Assembly (NCBI GenBank): GCA_036867785.1
Contig: CP145420.1
Coordinates: 186,001-250,000 of the forward strand
Direction: 5' to 3'
Source of the DNA: Plasmodiophora brassicae
Lineage: Eukaryota
DNA: 64,000 bases
Part shown: positions 47,038-59,586 of the stretch, piece by piece
How positions within the stretch are numbered: the first letter of the stretch is position 1
How the letters are laid out: every line of letters begins with the position of its first letter
Notes under the pieces: model-generated
The model's database searches: none
What the model saw: only the letters and a program-made list of their open reading frames with translations
Told to the model about the DNA's origin: nothing
Position numbers and translations under genes: made by a program

Positions 47038-48315
47038 ATGGGATCGTCACGTCTCGGGTGTGCTGCGCTTGCGATCTGCTGGGTCGTGGCAGCGTCGGGC
47101 GTCATCGGATTGGACCTGAATCAAACAGAGACTGGCCCCGTCCGTGGCATCATTCGCGCCGTTCGCCCTGTCGCGCAGCGCCTCCACCATGCACTCCCGT
47201 TCAGCACCCAGGAGCTCGCTTGGATGGCCATCGTCATGTCGCTGGTCGTGTTCCGCAACCACCCGTCTCTCTTCTTCGTGTCCATTCTGGCGCTGTTGGT
47301 CCACCACCTCAACCCGAACTTCAGCCGCGCGCCATCCGACGTCGCTCGTCATCTGAGCAGCCACCTGCATCGCCTCAACGTGTTCAGCCAGCAAAGTCCT
47401 GTCGAACAGCGCGCCTACATGATGCGATCCATCCAACAAGTCATCCCCGATGTGTCCGTCGAGTGGATCCGTCAAGTTATTCAGGATCGAAGCCGACAGT
47501 TCGCCATTTATCGTGTGTCTGTCGCGCTCTTGCTGTACTGTCTGCGCCATGGCAACGTCATCAACCAGATAGATGAACGGGTCCTGCGTGTCATGCGTCA
47601 ATACTTCCCCAACGCCGGCGGCATCCGGGACCTGCTCGCCCTGGGCGTCAACCTGGAGACCCGTCTGATTCTGATGGTGCTGTTAAGGACCGCGTTCCCG
47701 TTGATGACCATTGGCAGGAACCTGGAGGGCCTTGCCGACAACGCGATCGGTGTCGTCCATGACCACGCCAGCGAAATGGTCGCACACCTTTCAGCCATCA
47801 ATCTGGACCCTGTGTGGGACGACCTGAACAACGTCGAGTACGTTCGCGCGGCAACAGACCAATACTTCCACTTTCAGCAAGAGGGTGGTGCCGGCGGTAC
47901 GATGCCAAGGACGTTCCCAGAACGGCTAGAGCGGACGGTTGGCCTCATGATCGAAAGTCTTTCATATTCTGACCTGATGGAGGAGGATCGCACTCGGATG
48001 GTGGAGGCGATTCGCACCTGGAGCGATAACATGCGCAACCTGACCCTGGCCGAGATCGTTCGTTCGCTACCAGATCCGGTGATGTGGAACGGGACCGACC
48101 AGTGCTCGATCTGCTTGGGGACCATGAACGGTACCATGGTACGTCAACTGCCTTGCAGTTACCCGCTGTCGCGGCCAGGCCATGTGTTCCACACCGGATG
48201 CATCGATCGTCATGTGACGAGGGATACCCGGTGCCCCATGTGCCGTCGAGACGTTCGTACCATGCAGCCAGGCGGCAACCTGGCACGCATCGTCCCTGTC
48301 CCAGTGGGCCCCTGA
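47038..48315 (+). CDS. Signal-peptide-bearing RING-H2 E3 ligase-like protein
   Basis: Start MGSSRLGCAALAICWVVAASG. C-terminal CSIC...LPC...GHVFHTGCID...CPMCR. Single ORF. Confidence 0.85.
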   Translation: MGSSRLGCAALAICWVVAASGVIGLDLNQTETGPVRGIIRAVRPVAQRLHHALPFSTQELAWMAIVMSLVVFRNHPSLFFVSILALLVHHLNPNFSRAPSDVARHLSSHLHRLNVFSQQSPVEQRAYMMRSIQQVIPDVSVEWIRQVIQDRSRQFAIYRVSVALLLYCLRHGNVINQIDERVLRVMRQYFPNAGGIRDLLALGVNLETRLILMVLLRTAFPLMTIGRNLEGLADNAIGVVHDHASEMVAHLSAINLDPVWDDLNNVEYVRAATDQYFHFQQEGGAGGTMPRTFPERLERTVGLMIESLSYSDLMEEDRTRMVEAIRTWSDNMRNLTLAEIVRSLPDPVMWNGTDQCSICLGTMNGTMVRQLPCSYPLSRPGHVFHTGCIDRHVTRDTRCPMCRRDVRTMQPGGNLARIVPVPVGP

Positions 48316-48455
48316 CGTCCTGCACGTTTCCAGTTTGTTGCAAGCGTACAATGACATTCGTATTCGTCATATTGGGCTTCGGTTGAGAGTCGCCGGGATA
48401 GCAAAGGACAGAGATACAGGAATATGTAGGACATCGGGGGACGGTGGTGCGCGCG

Positions 48456-49418
48456 ATGAGGTCGTTGCCATCGTCGGGTAATGCCGGTCTGCTGGATCGT
48501 TGCTGTCATGGCGGGTGTCGTGGGAGCGGATCCGAATCGGACACAAAGCGCGCGCCCTGTGGTCGTCCTGCCCTCCCGCCCCCTGTGACGTTGGCCGCCG
48601 ATATCCAACGTGTAATAGTGGACCGCAGTTCCGGTCGACCATTCGCTCGGGTCGTGGTCGTGTTAGCACCCGCTCTGTGCGGTCTGTGCTGTGTTCGCGT
48701 CGACGTGGCGGGCGGCCCGGTTTTGCTGCTCATGCGTCGGTTCGTATCGTGGATCAATACCGTCCAGGCAACCAGGGAGCCAACCTTGAGGCCAGCATTG
48801 TCGTGTTGTTACTGCGAACCCGGTTCCCGCTGATGGGACACAAGCAGGACTTCAAATACGACGAGGTTGTTGCAATGCGCGATTACGTCAACGCTGTGAT
48901 CGGGTGCCTGGGACCCTTTGATGTGACGCGAACGTGGGAAACCCTGAACGACGTGGAGCATATTCGTCAGGTGGCGAATCATCTGTCGCGGTTGCTTCGC
49001 CTGGAGCCTGCATCGGACCAACGGAATGCTGAACGCGTATTGAGAATGAGTTTGGCACAATGAATGGAATGGCTGGCAGATACCGTTCGCCTGTATATCA
49101 ACATGATTTTGTCTGCTTTGCAACAACCACTGGGAGCCTATGCAGTGATGATCAACGTGGTTGAATGGGGGACCTATATGGGCAGCCAGCTTCTTGACGG
49201 GTCGCGCCAACATCTGCCACGTACAACCCAATAATTTACCGATGATGAAGTCTGCGCGATATGTCGGGAGAACCTGCCACTGCCGTGTCATCTCAAGCGG
49301 GCGCACGTGGTACGCGTTCCATGCGGACTGTTTCGATGCGCGTGTCGCTACAAGCTCCCTGTGTCCGATCTGCCGACGGGACATCTACTCAACGCCAGCA
49401 AACGCCTTCAGTAATTAA
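48456..49418 (+). pseudogene. Frameshifted tandem paralog of the RING-H2 gene
   Basis: Homologous segments fall in different frames: CWIVAVMAGVVGADPNRT, GANLEASIVVLLLRTRFPLM, WETLNDVEHIR, CAICRENL, FHADCFD...CPICRRD. Confidence 0.7.
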
Positions 49419-49778
49419 CGTGCCCGCTATAGTAATGGAAACATTCTCGCGTGACCCTTACGTACATGAGTGGGAGAGACGAAGGTTCTGAGACCGTTTT
49501 AGCGCCACAAACTCTCAGTCTCATCTACAGTAGGTACGGTAGATGGCTTCCAGGCCGATGCCTTCGGAATGTTCCAAGAGCGGCGCAGACGCTGCAGGTT
49601 CCATCAAGGACACTGGTTCCCGATCTGACCAACTCAGGGTGTGGTGCTGGTTACCTGCTGAATCGTCGATGCGTTTGGGGCGCAGCACACTGCACACGGC
49701 ACCGCAGGCTGACAAAACGGTGAAGCTGCTCGCTGAGATTGCGGCCGTTTCCCGGAGTACTTTTTTGGAGTATGACGA

Positions 49779-50588
49779 TGAGTGACGGAGAGGGCGACGA
49801 CAACGCAGGCAGGCGACGACTGGCTGCTCTGGCTCGCATTATCGAGGTCGGTGCGCGCCTCGGTACCTCGCGCCTTATCCGCGCCTGCGTGTATGCCGCC
49901 GCCTGCCTGGCGATTTGCGCTTTCCAATGATGAATTTGCATTTGATAGGCAAGATCTGGATGGGAATCCCGACGCGTTACTGAAGTACCCGCGCGCTGCT
50001 AAGGCCGCCATCGCGACAGTCTTGCAATACGAGTATCTGGCATCGCCCACAGTAGTGAACCTGAAGGAGGCGCTGAGGGCGCTGTATTGGGCGAGCTCTC
50101 AATATGGCCCGCTGCCCGACGTGTCAGATATCCTGACTGAGATCGGGATCCAGATTGCGGCGATGTCGGAGGATGGCTGGAAAGCGATCGAGATCGAGGA
50201 GGTCAGGCAGAGCGTGGCTGATGCGATCGCCAAGGATCCCAAGGTGGCGAATGTCCTGCACCTGCAGAGCACGGTCACATCGGTGAACAACTGGCTCCGT
50301 CAGCACTGGTTCCATAACGATGAGCCGTGCCGGCTGGAGCGAGTCCATCGTATGCAAATCGGCGATCTGGATCGCGAGGAGCCTGGCGATCGCGAACTCA
50401 TCGACAGTGACATGGAATCCAAGGAGGCGCCGCCCAGGCGGGAACAAGGGCGGAAGCGGGCGGGACAGATTACGATAGGCGACCTGAGACGGTGTTATAA
50501 CGGGACCGACAAGGAGTTCCGGTCCATCTGGAGGCAGACACACCCTCTTGTCTTACGCTACTTGCGAATGCGGCGACAGCGGGTGTAA
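49779..50588 (+). CDS. Hypothetical protein
   Basis: Long ORF with protein-like composition. 5' exon structure unclear and no recognised family. Confidence 0.45.
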
Positions 50589-50660
50589 CGACGCTGAAGG
50601 TTGCCGGCTACCGTTTAAAACAAGCCGTTGGGCTTCAGTTTCATCGTGACGTGCAGCGAT

Positions 50661-51975
50661 TTAATAGTCGTAGAAACCTTTCCCCGATTTCTTACCCAGC
50701 CAGCCTGCGGCAACCATGTTCGCCAGTAGAGGGCACGCTAAACGAAGGACGTCGATCTCAGTCAGAGACGGGCCAGTCAAATGGACCGACGGGCGGTTGC
50801 CTACGTCTGTACTTGCTGTCCCCCAAGTTGTGATGCAGAACCTGCATGATGTACAGGCACGTATCGAGTCCGATAAAATCTGCAGGGCAAATGTCAAAGA
50901 AGGTGTTGCAGGTGGCCGCGTAACGAACCCAGACCTGCTAACTGAAGAGGCCCCATGGGGACGTTCGTCCCCAGCTTCATCGTCTTGTCAATGTCCTCTC
51001 GAGTGGCGATCCCCTCGCTGAGGACAAACACGGCCTCGTTGATGTACGGCATCAACAGCCGATTTGCGATGAACCCAGGGACGTCTTTCGACTGCGTTGT
51101 CTCTTTCTGCATCGCCGCAGCAAGGTCCTGCGTTGTTCTCATTGTCGCCTCTGTTTGAGCGGTTTACGCATGCAATGCAGGGGGCAGAGAGCAGGAGGCG
51201 CTACCTGACGTGGCGACGCCACCGATCAGTTCAACGAGCTTCATCACAGGAACGGGGTTCTGTACGCCAGATCAGTGACAGGTTGCCAGCCCTGCGTTCG
51301 CCAGGCGCGGACCATGAAATGCATGCCGATCACGCGATCGGAGCGGTTGGTCACGCCGCCGAGTCTACAGGGCCATGTCACTAGCTGATACGTTCGACCT
51401 TGCGGCGGTCCGACTTTGAGATCGATATCGACGACGTGTTCGACGCCAGTATCGTATGTTCCCGGGCAACGTCGTCGCATTTCTGAAGGATGGCCGACTT
51501 GACGTCAAAGTTCTCGGTCACAGCTTCGATGACGAAATCGGCCTCGGCAACGGCCTGTTGTCAGCCAAACGATCAGCCCAACGCGGAATGCGAAACCGAG
51601 ACCGCAGGACCTCGATGTCGGGCCCGAACGCAATCCGCTTCAAGGACTCATCTCCGACCTCCTGCGTGAACCTCTGCTTGGCCACTTGGCCGGATACCCA
51701 CGACTTACAGAATGCTTTCGAGCGCTCCAGTGCACCCTCGTTTGCGTCAATCAACGATACGGCCAACTGTTACACCCGTCACCCGCATGCGACACAGCCA
51801 ACCAGTTCGACCATCTCACCTTGGCGCAATGCGTCGCCACAAGCGCAATGCCGGTCCCCATCTGCCCTGCATGGGACCCCCCCCCCCCCCCATCAGACGG
51901 CAACAACGCACGCGTTGTACAACCCGGCGTACCAGCGCCGATGACGGCCAGGTTCCGCACAGCAGGTGACACCAT
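50661..51975 (-). CDS. HADH: 3-hydroxyacyl/3-hydroxybutyryl-CoA dehydrogenase
   Basis: [71 protein letters not shown]. Confidence 0.93.
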
Positions 51976-52181
51976 GACGTCTACCTAGCCGCCCTTCAAT
52001 GTCTGCAGAGCGACCGACCACCGCTCGAATGGCGCGCGACTGTCGAAAAAACGCGCCACGCGACGCGGGCCTCGTTTGAAGTGGGGGACGGATGATGATG
52101 GAAGTTGACTGCTGGCTGTATTGTAACGCACGCGGGTTTATCGCGGGTGGATGGCGGATGAATTGGTAAGCGACTGACTGA

Positions 52182-53669
52182 ATGGTGAAGCGGGCCGCGG
52201 ATGTTGCTGTCATCGGGGGCGGCTGCATCGGCATCAACATCGCCGTGGCGCTGCGCCAGGCGCTGCCGGCGTCCGCGTCCGTCGTCGTGATCGAGAAGGA
52301 GGCCGCGTGCGGCAGGCATGCCAGTACGAGGAACAGTGGCGTCTTGCATGCCGGGTACTGGCGGCGTCGCTGACCGGCTGGACTTCTGAGCATCGATGCA
52401 GGTTCTATTATGCACCTGGGTCGCTGAAGGCCAGGATGACACGGGACGGGAACAGGCTCCTGTCTGAGTTCATCGAGGACAGGGGCCTACCCATTCGGCG
52501 ATCTGGGAAGTTGGTCGTGACCCGCAACAAGGATGAGCTGATCACATTGCACGAGTTGCATCGCCGTGGCATTGCAAATGGCATCGTAAGCGGCAGTGAA
52601 GCCCTCCTCCTTCGCTAGTAACGATGTGTGCCGGGGCCGTTCAGGACGTTCAGCTGATAACGGAGAAGGATGCGATGTCGATTGAGCCGAAAGCGTTCAC
52701 AATTGATTCGGCGCTGTGGAGCCCGAACACGAGCGTTGCCGATCCTGTTCAAGTGATGCGGGCGCAGGTCGAGCACGCTGTCGGGAACGGCGTCGATATC
52801 CAGACGGGTTGCCAACTCCATCGGTCCGACGTTCTGGATTCCGGCGTCGTACGACTGTCCACAAATCGCGGCACCCTTGACGCTGACCACCTCGTTAACG
52901 CTGCGGGCGTTCACGCCGACCGAATTGCGGCTATGCTCGGCGCTGGCCTAGGTTACGAGGTACTCCAGAACACGGTTCTTAACATAACCAATCCCTCATT
53001 GCACGCATAACAAGGTCATCCCTTTCAAAGGCCTGTACGTGCAGTGCGGCGACGACTTCTCGTTGAGCACAAACGTGTACCCAGTTCCGAACATCCACCA
53101 GCCGTTCCTAGGTGCGGCACCAGCTGACCTGTTTGTGTGCCCGCGCCTGATTCATCCCGTGTGCCCGCTCAGGGACTCATCTGACCGTATGCGCCAAAGG
53201 AGGCGTGAAGGTCGGGCCGACCGCATTGCCGGCTTGGTCGAGAGAGAACTACGAAGGCATCCCGTTCGCACACCCGCTGGAAACAGTGCAAATCGCCATG
53301 CGCCTGGCCCGCCTGGTGGCGACCGACTCCGAAGGCATTCGAACGTTGGCGCTGCAAGAGGCCACGAAATGCTGGCGACGGGCCCTGATGGCCGATGCTG
53401 CGACACTGATACGAGGGCCAGCGCCGCCATCCGGCCGGTGGCTGCCGCCTGGCATTCGTGCCCAGCTCATGCGCGACGGAAAGGTAAGAACGTGGGTGCT
53501 GCTGCCAATGGGCAACAGCCTGACGTTTGTCCAGTTCGTGCACGACTTCGTGATCGAATCCGGGCCCCGGTCCACCCATGTCCTGAACGCTGTGTCGCCC
53601 GGGTGGACCTGCGCCATACCGTTCGCCCGCCACGTCGTCCACGAGTTCGTCCTTCCCGCTCTGGCCTAG
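52182..53669 (+). CDS. L2HGDH: L-2-hydroxyglutarate dehydrogenase/oxidase (FAD-dependent)
   Basis: VIGGGCIG, EKE...HASTRNSGVLHAG/FYYAPGSLKAR, NAAGVHADRIA, VYPVP...PFLG, GIRAQ, HVLNAVSPGWT. Confidence 0.9.
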
Positions 53670-53738
53670 CCGTTCCGCGCCGCCCCTCCCCCGGCTGGCA
53701 CAGCGGGTGACGATATTGTATAGGCATGTTTCAGAGGA

Positions 53739-54161
53739 TCAGCGCTCGCCGAACGACCTGTAATCCGTGCCCGGGTGCGACGCCATTCGCCTGAACCGGT
53801 CGGCAATGGCCCTGCCGGCCGATTTCGCGCCCTTGACGGTCGCGCCGAGCGCCTTGCTGATGGACGCCGAGTCGCGCGCCGACGAACGCCCCGAGTGCTT
53901 CTCGTAGAACCGGGACACTTTGTCGCTCTTGGCCAGGGCAGCGCCGGCGGCCACGCCGGCGCCGACCAGGACGAACGTGGGCAGGATCAGGACGGCGGCG
54001 GCGCCGACGGTCGCACCGACCGCGTACTTGGTCAGGTTCCCGTTCGGTTCGGCGTCGCCTTCCGCCGCCCGATCGTCGCCGGGCGGCGGCTCCATCGCCG
54101 CGTAGCCCATCTGCGACGAATCGTGCCAGGACAGCGTGTCGTCGTCGCTGCTCAGCGACAT
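53739..54161 (-). CDS. Small hypothetical membrane protein
   Basis: MSLSSDDD...AVGATVGAAAVLILPTFVLVGAGVAAGAAL hydrophobic segment. Confidence 0.5.
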   Translation of the reverse strand: MSLSSDDDTLSWHDSSQMGYAAMEPPPGDDRAAEGDAEPNGNLTKYAVGATVGAAAVLILPTFVLVGAGVAAGAALAKSDKVSRFYEKHSGRSSARDSASISKALGATVKGAKSAGRAIADRFRRMASHPGTDYRSFGER

Positions 54162-54394
54162 GGTCGACCCGACGGCCCCAACCCAGACTGTGGAGGGTGG
54201 TGACGGAGGCGCCGTCGAGCGTATCGCAGTCACACAGTCGCCCGACGCGCCCCCACCCGACCCGCCGCAACCTCGACAACGCGTTGCTCCTGTCGCCGAG
54301 TCCGCCGTTCATCGGAGAGACAGGCCCTGGGACCTCGTCGCCCTTGGCCGCGTGTATTCAGAGCCGCCGGGTGTGCGCGCGCACGACCGTCGTG

Positions 54395-55308
54395 ATGGCG
54401 TCTGATCGGCGGCCCCGAATCCTGTTCGGGTTGTCGGCCAGCGTGGCATGCATTCAGGCGCGGGCGATCCTGTCGCGGCTTGGCGAGTTCGCCGACGTCC
54501 GCGTGGTCGTCACGTGCAATGCGGTCCGGTTCCTGACGGGCGATGCCGCCCTGCCCGCCAGTGCCACCGTTCTAGACGATGGTCGGCGCTGGCGTGTTCG
54601 CCCACTGGCGGTTCACCGATAGTGATGATGATGATGGGAGTCGTGCAGCCGACGAATGGAAATCGTACGAGAAGAGGGGCGACCCGGTTCTGCACATTGA
54701 GGTGGGGCGTTGGCGTCGGGCGTGAGGAAGATGTAAAACGGGCCCCTGAGCTCGTTCCGGGCAGTTACGAAAGTGGGCCGACCTGCTTGTGATCGCGCCG
54801 ATCTCTGCTAATACGCTGGCCAAGATCGCCAATGGAATGGCAGATAACCTCCTGGTTACGCAGGCGCTGTCGTGCATACAACGGCGTTGCCTGACGTGTC
54901 CTGCCGGTAGACATGTATTGCCCGGGCCTGGCAGATGAAAGCGAAGCCGTTCATTGTGGCGCCTGCGATGAACAGTCAGTGATCGTCGAGCGGCACCGAT
55001 GTTGTTTTAACGGGCGTGCGCTAGCGGGCATGTGGGAGCATGCCGTGACCGCGTCCCACGTGGATCAGTTACGCGCTTGGGAGGTTGAGATCGTTCCCCC
55101 GGTCGCGAAGACGCTTATTTGTGGAGATTACGGTTCGGCCACGATACGTTCAAGGGTGCATCCGTCGACTGACGTTGTCGCCGGTGGCTCAGGGTTGGGG
55201 GCAATGGCTACAGTTGATTCCATTGTTGAGGCCGTACATGCCTCTCTGCGGCAAGCTGGGTTGCTCAGTTCCCCGAAACGACGGAGACTCATCAGGCCTG
55301 GTCAGTGA
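54395..55308 (+). CDS. PPCDC: Phosphopantothenoylcysteine decarboxylase (HAL3 flavoprotein)
   Basis: ILFGLSASVA, PVLHIE/LRKWADLLVIAPISANTLAKIANGMADNL, APAMN, MWEH, KTLICGDY..GAMA. Confidence 0.92.
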
Positions 55309-55561
55309 TCGCTGGAAATCCCCAGGGGCAGTGCACCAACCACCGAGTTTGCAATAATTCCCTTCTCACCTATAGACAATGTTCTCAAGTGACGGGGCGC
55401 GCCCAGACGCAACGCCGCTATTTGAATTGTCCAGTAATCAAAGTTACACGGTTCGGTAGTGAGCTTAAGCCTTAGGGTAGCACCTTCGCGGTATCTGAAG
55501 ATAATATTGAAGTAGATCCCCGTTTATTAGTTGACAATGACGAGTTCTTGGCGTGGATCCA

Positions 55562-56833
55562 CTACTCGGTCCAGCGATGGACTTCCATCCCAGTGGGCGC
55601 TTCGATCTTCTCTTCGTAGTCCTTGTCTTTAACCTCCTCCCAGTTTGTCGACAGAACCGTGCCTCCCGATGTCTGATAGGACTTGATCATGGCCCGCTTG
55701 GTCTCGTCGCTTGCATTCCTGTATATCTGCTGGAACAGTCTACACAATCGCCATTGTAAATAAACGCAACATGCCGGCAAGACACTCCAGGACTAACTTG
55801 TTAAGAGCCGCATCACCATCGGGTGTCTCCTTCTCCTCCTCCTCGATAACCTGGCGTTCGATGGAACCCCAGTCCTGTTTCTTCTTGCTTGAAGTCGGGT
55901 ACAATGCAATCAGGTTGCTATCGGAGTTCACGTCGTGTTGAACGCGAGGCCAGGAGCCAGGAGTCGCTTTCTGCAGCATAGCCATCAAATTCCCGCGCGC
56001 GCTTCAACGATTGCACGAGTTCTCGACCTTCATGATCAGCTGGAGTTTGTATCGGTTGAGGTCGAACTTCGACTGGCCGGGCACAATAGTCGCAAACAGA
56101 TGAATCAGCTTATGCATCTTTGAGCCATCGGCAAAGGCGATCTTGACTTCAGCCTGTACGGCAGTGGACTCAGCCACGAGAATACAGGCAGGGGCCACGA
56201 GAGATTACGGCGTCTTCCTTTAGATCCACAGACACGTCCTCCGGTTTCAGATCCTTCGCCAAGATGACATACGTTGCTACATCCGGCTTGTCATAGAATG
56301 AATCTCTCGCCTTCTGCGCCAGGGTGATCGGAGATGCCTCCGGAGGACGTTCTTCCCGTTCATCCGTCGGCGGCGGCGGTGGTGACGGTGATGGCTGTTT
56401 TTCATCCGGACGGGCGTTGGCAGCACCCTCGTCATCCTCGAGTTCGGCAGAACACTTCCGAAGCCACACATCGGCATCCTTTGCCCCAAGAGCCTGCGCC
56501 TTCGTCAAGAACTGCTTTGAGGAACGGAAACTGTCCAGCTGGAACGCGCAGATGCTGCCGGTACCAGCAATCAGCCTTACGTTGGCCGCCAAACGGGGCA
56601 ACCTACCCGGCCCTCAGATTCAACAGCGCATTGTCCGGAGCGAGCTCCAGGCCCTTCTTCGCGTCCACGAGCGCGTCGGCCGCCCGGCCGAGCTTGAGCA
56701 GCGTGGCGGCGCGCCGCCCGTACAGGTCGGCATTGGCCGGGTCGGCGTCGATCGCTTTCGTGTAGGCGCGCAGGGCGCCCTGCCAATCCTCGTCCACGAA
56801 CAGGCCGTTGCCTTCGGACGCGAACGACGCCAT
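55562..56833 (-). CDS. SGT1: SGT1 co-chaperone (TPR-CS-SGS)
   Basis: N-terminal TPR ([11 protein letters not shown]), CS domain, and SGS motifs [48 protein letters not shown]. Confidence 0.95.
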
Positions 56834-57356
56834 GATGCGCGCGCCGCCGCCGCCGCAGCTGCAAACCGCAAAATGCGCCGCCCCGCCCCCGTCCAACAGG
56901 AACAGGCTGCTGACTGCTGACTGCTGAGTGCTGAGTGCGAACACTGACCCGCGACTGCATCGTTCCCGGTTCCTGACCCGTTCGCTGCGTGCGCTCCAGT
57001 GGTCTCCAGTGTCCGTGTGCGTCGCATGGGTAGAAGTCAAACGGCGCGTTGTCAACCTGATGACTGCGCCGGCTCGTGCAGAACGCCCCTGCCAGGATTC
57101 GTCACCGAGTGCGGAGGTCCTCGTCGGTATCTGGCTGGCGAACGTGTTGTAAAGGGAACCTGGCGCTGGCCGGGTACGAAAGGAGCGGCGACCGCCGGGA
57201 CGGTGGACGTGACGGTCGGGTACGACGTACGGGTTGGCGTCCGTGCGGACCCCAACGTGGAGCGAATTATTGGCGCTTTCAGGACAAAATTGGAATTTTG
57301 CGGTGATTTCACGGAGTCCGTGAAATCGCGCCGCATCGGGGGCGCCGCTTGTCGTC

Positions 57357-58469
57357 ATGATCGTCAGCGCCGTCAGACGTCATCACGCATCTGCGGACAC
57401 TCGTTTACACTGCTTGTATGGGTACTATATACTGAACCTTGGCAAAAACCAGCTTGCGTTTATATACGGAAAATCTCCCTCGACAATATCGAACTGGATC
57501 CAGAAGTATGAACGTGATGGTTCGGTTTCTCGTAAGGTGACTCGTCGCATCTACAAGAAACATTCCGAACGTCAGCGCCGTTGGATCGTGGAACTGTTCT
57601 CTGAACACCCGACGTTATTCTTGCACGAAGCGAGGGCGCGGTTTGCGGGCAAGTTCGCGAAGTATATCTCCTGCTCTGAAATATGGGCGATTCTGCAAGA
57701 AGCTCGCTTCACTCGGAAACATGTTGAACGCCGTGCCTTGCAAATTCGAAAACTGGACATCGTTCGATTCTGCAATGATATGCACTTGGTTCGTTGGTCC
57801 CGGGAGAGTCTGGTCTTTCTTGACGAATTCGGGGTCGACAATAGGGACATGTTGCGTACCAAAGGGTTCTGCCTTGTTGGGAAACGCCTAATATACAGAG
57901 GGCAGTTCTCCCGGAAGCCTCGACGCTCAATGCTTGCGTTCGCAAGCGTTCGCGGTCTGGAAGACGTTTTCTCTGTGGAAGGGACTTTCGATCGCAAGAC
58001 ATTTTTCAACTGCTGTCGTCAGTTCGTTCTGCATCATCCTGACATACGCACGTATCCGGGTCGTATGTCTGTCTGGATCATGGACGGTGCTCGGATCCAT
58101 TGCCATCCAGGCATCGTCAATTTCCTGCGATCGCTGGGCATTATGCCGATTTTTTTGCCAGCCTATTGCCCGTTTTACAATCCCATCGAGTTACTATTTG
58201 GGATGATCAAGCGGCGGCTTCGCGAGCTTTATGATGAGCGCTCCGGTTCCGATATTACTGCTGTCATCAATGACGTCTTGGTTGAGTTCAGCAACCGTTC
58301 AATGGAGGAAGTCTTCAAGAAATGCGGGTACGTTTGCGATCACGAATTCGATCCGTCCATCGGCATGCACTGCGACCTGAAGGATCTTGAATTTGATGTT
58401 ACTGTACGCACTGAACAACCCTGGCATCCATTAAGGGCTGTATGTGACATCGTTCAACTTGTAGGTTGA
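57357..58469 (+). CDS. IS630-like DD34E transposase (HTH + DDE)
   Basis: HTH KSPSTISNWIQKY, PTLFLHE, LVFLDEFG, WIMDGARIH, FLPAYCPFYNPIE. 34 residues between the second D and the E. Confidence 0.93.
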   Translation: MIVSAVRRHHASADTRLHCLYGYYILNLGKNQLAFIYGKSPSTISNWIQKYERDGSVSRKVTRRIYKKHSERQRRWIVELFSEHPTLFLHEARARFAGKFAKYISCSEIWAILQEARFTRKHVERRALQIRKLDIVRFCNDMHLVRWSRESLVFLDEFGVDNRDMLRTKGFCLVGKRLIYRGQFSRKPRRSMLAFASVRGLEDVFSVEGTFDRKTFFNCCRQFVLHHPDIRTYPGRMSVWIMDGARIHCHPGIVNFLRSLGIMPIFLPAYCPFYNPIELLFGMIKRRLRELYDERSGSDITAVINDVLVEFSNRSMEEVFKKCGYVCDHEFDPSIGMHCDLKDLEFDVTVRTEQPWHPLRAVCDIVQLVG

Positions 58470-58623
58470 GAACCGGGCCACCTGAAGCTAGGAAGGATAT
58501 ACCACGTCGCGGCAACTGGCAACCTCGTGCACGTGTACTCGCTAAGTTCAATATACTTCAACATTATAAGCCACTGGTGCGTATTATCGATGGTAACATT
58601 CGGGCAAGTCTTCATTTAATGCC

Positions 58624-59586
58624 TTATGCTTCGTCCATGTTCTCCATATCGTTGTCATGATCGACGTCGACCTCATTCGTAATCTCAGCCGCGATCCTGC
58701 GCCCGAAATCGGATTCGCCTGGACGACTGGCTGCTTCCATCGCGGCGATCATCTCTTCGGTGTCAGCAGCGGCTTCATGTAGTGATTCAAGCTGCGTCAT
58801 GAGCAGATTGACGCCCGCCGTGACTGTCTTGAAGCCCGCCGTGACTGTCTTCGCAGTGTCCAAGATGTCTTCCAGCTTCCTCTTAAATCGTTCAGATACA
58901 CATCTTGTTACGCGCATGCTCGTCTGCATGTTGTGGAGGACAGCACCCGAGTCTATTGGAACCATGCGGAACAGGTGGGATAGATGAGGTGGGGGCGCCT
59001 CTGCCGCCCTTTCTTCACGCACCTGCTGCGGCTGGGCCTCGATCCACGCCGCCCACTGCAACCAGTTCGTATCATAGGCGAAGTACTCCGGATGCAGTCG
59101 TCTCAGCGATTCCTTCCGGGCATCCACCAACGCGATAGATGCTGCGCCGGCGCGATCCCTCTCTCGCTGTAGTAGAGCGTTCGAGACAAGTTTGAACATT
59201 GCCGCTGACGTCACCGACAGCGAGTAGCGGTGCACGTACAGAGTGAGCGTCTTACCACAAACGTGATTGAGAACGTCGCTGTTACGATAACGCGATGGCG
59301 GATACGACCGCTTCGCGCTTTCATCGTGCACGACAACGAAATGGTCCAGATCGGCCGCAGTGGGCTGCTCCTCCGACCAATGCGGCGACCGCCCATCATC
59401 GCCGAATCCGACGTGATTCCGGATGTATCCGGCGACTTTCTCCCACATCTGCGACGCCAGGTCATCGTACGAGCTGCAGAGAACGTCCCAGGTCCCGAGA
59501 GACGGCGCCGACGTCTGTCCTTTAAAATCGCGAACGATGATCTTGAAGCACAGGTGGTAGAGTCCATCACGCTGAGCGACGTCCAT
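58624..59586 (-). CDS. Transposon-internal protein of unknown function (~320 aa)
   Basis: Intron-less ORF within the TIRs. Motif ERDRAGAAS...H...NWLQWAAWI...PPPHLSHLF and a coiled-coil-like C-terminus. Confidence 0.75.
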   Translation of the reverse strand: MDVAQRDGLYHLCFKIIVRDFKGQTSAPSLGTWDVLCSSYDDLASQMWEKVAGYIRNHVGFGDDGRSPHWSEEQPTAADLDHFVVVHDESAKRSYPPSRYRNSDVLNHVCGKTLTLYVHRYSLSVTSAAMFKLVSNALLQRERDRAGAASIALVDARKESLRRLHPEYFAYDTNWLQWAAWIEAQPQQVREERAAEAPPPHLSHLFRMVPIDSGAVLHNMQTSMRVTRCVSERFKRKLEDILDTAKTVTAGFKTVTAGVNLLMTQLESLHEAAADTEEMIAAMEAASRPGESDFGRRIAAEITNEVDVDHDNDMENMDEA

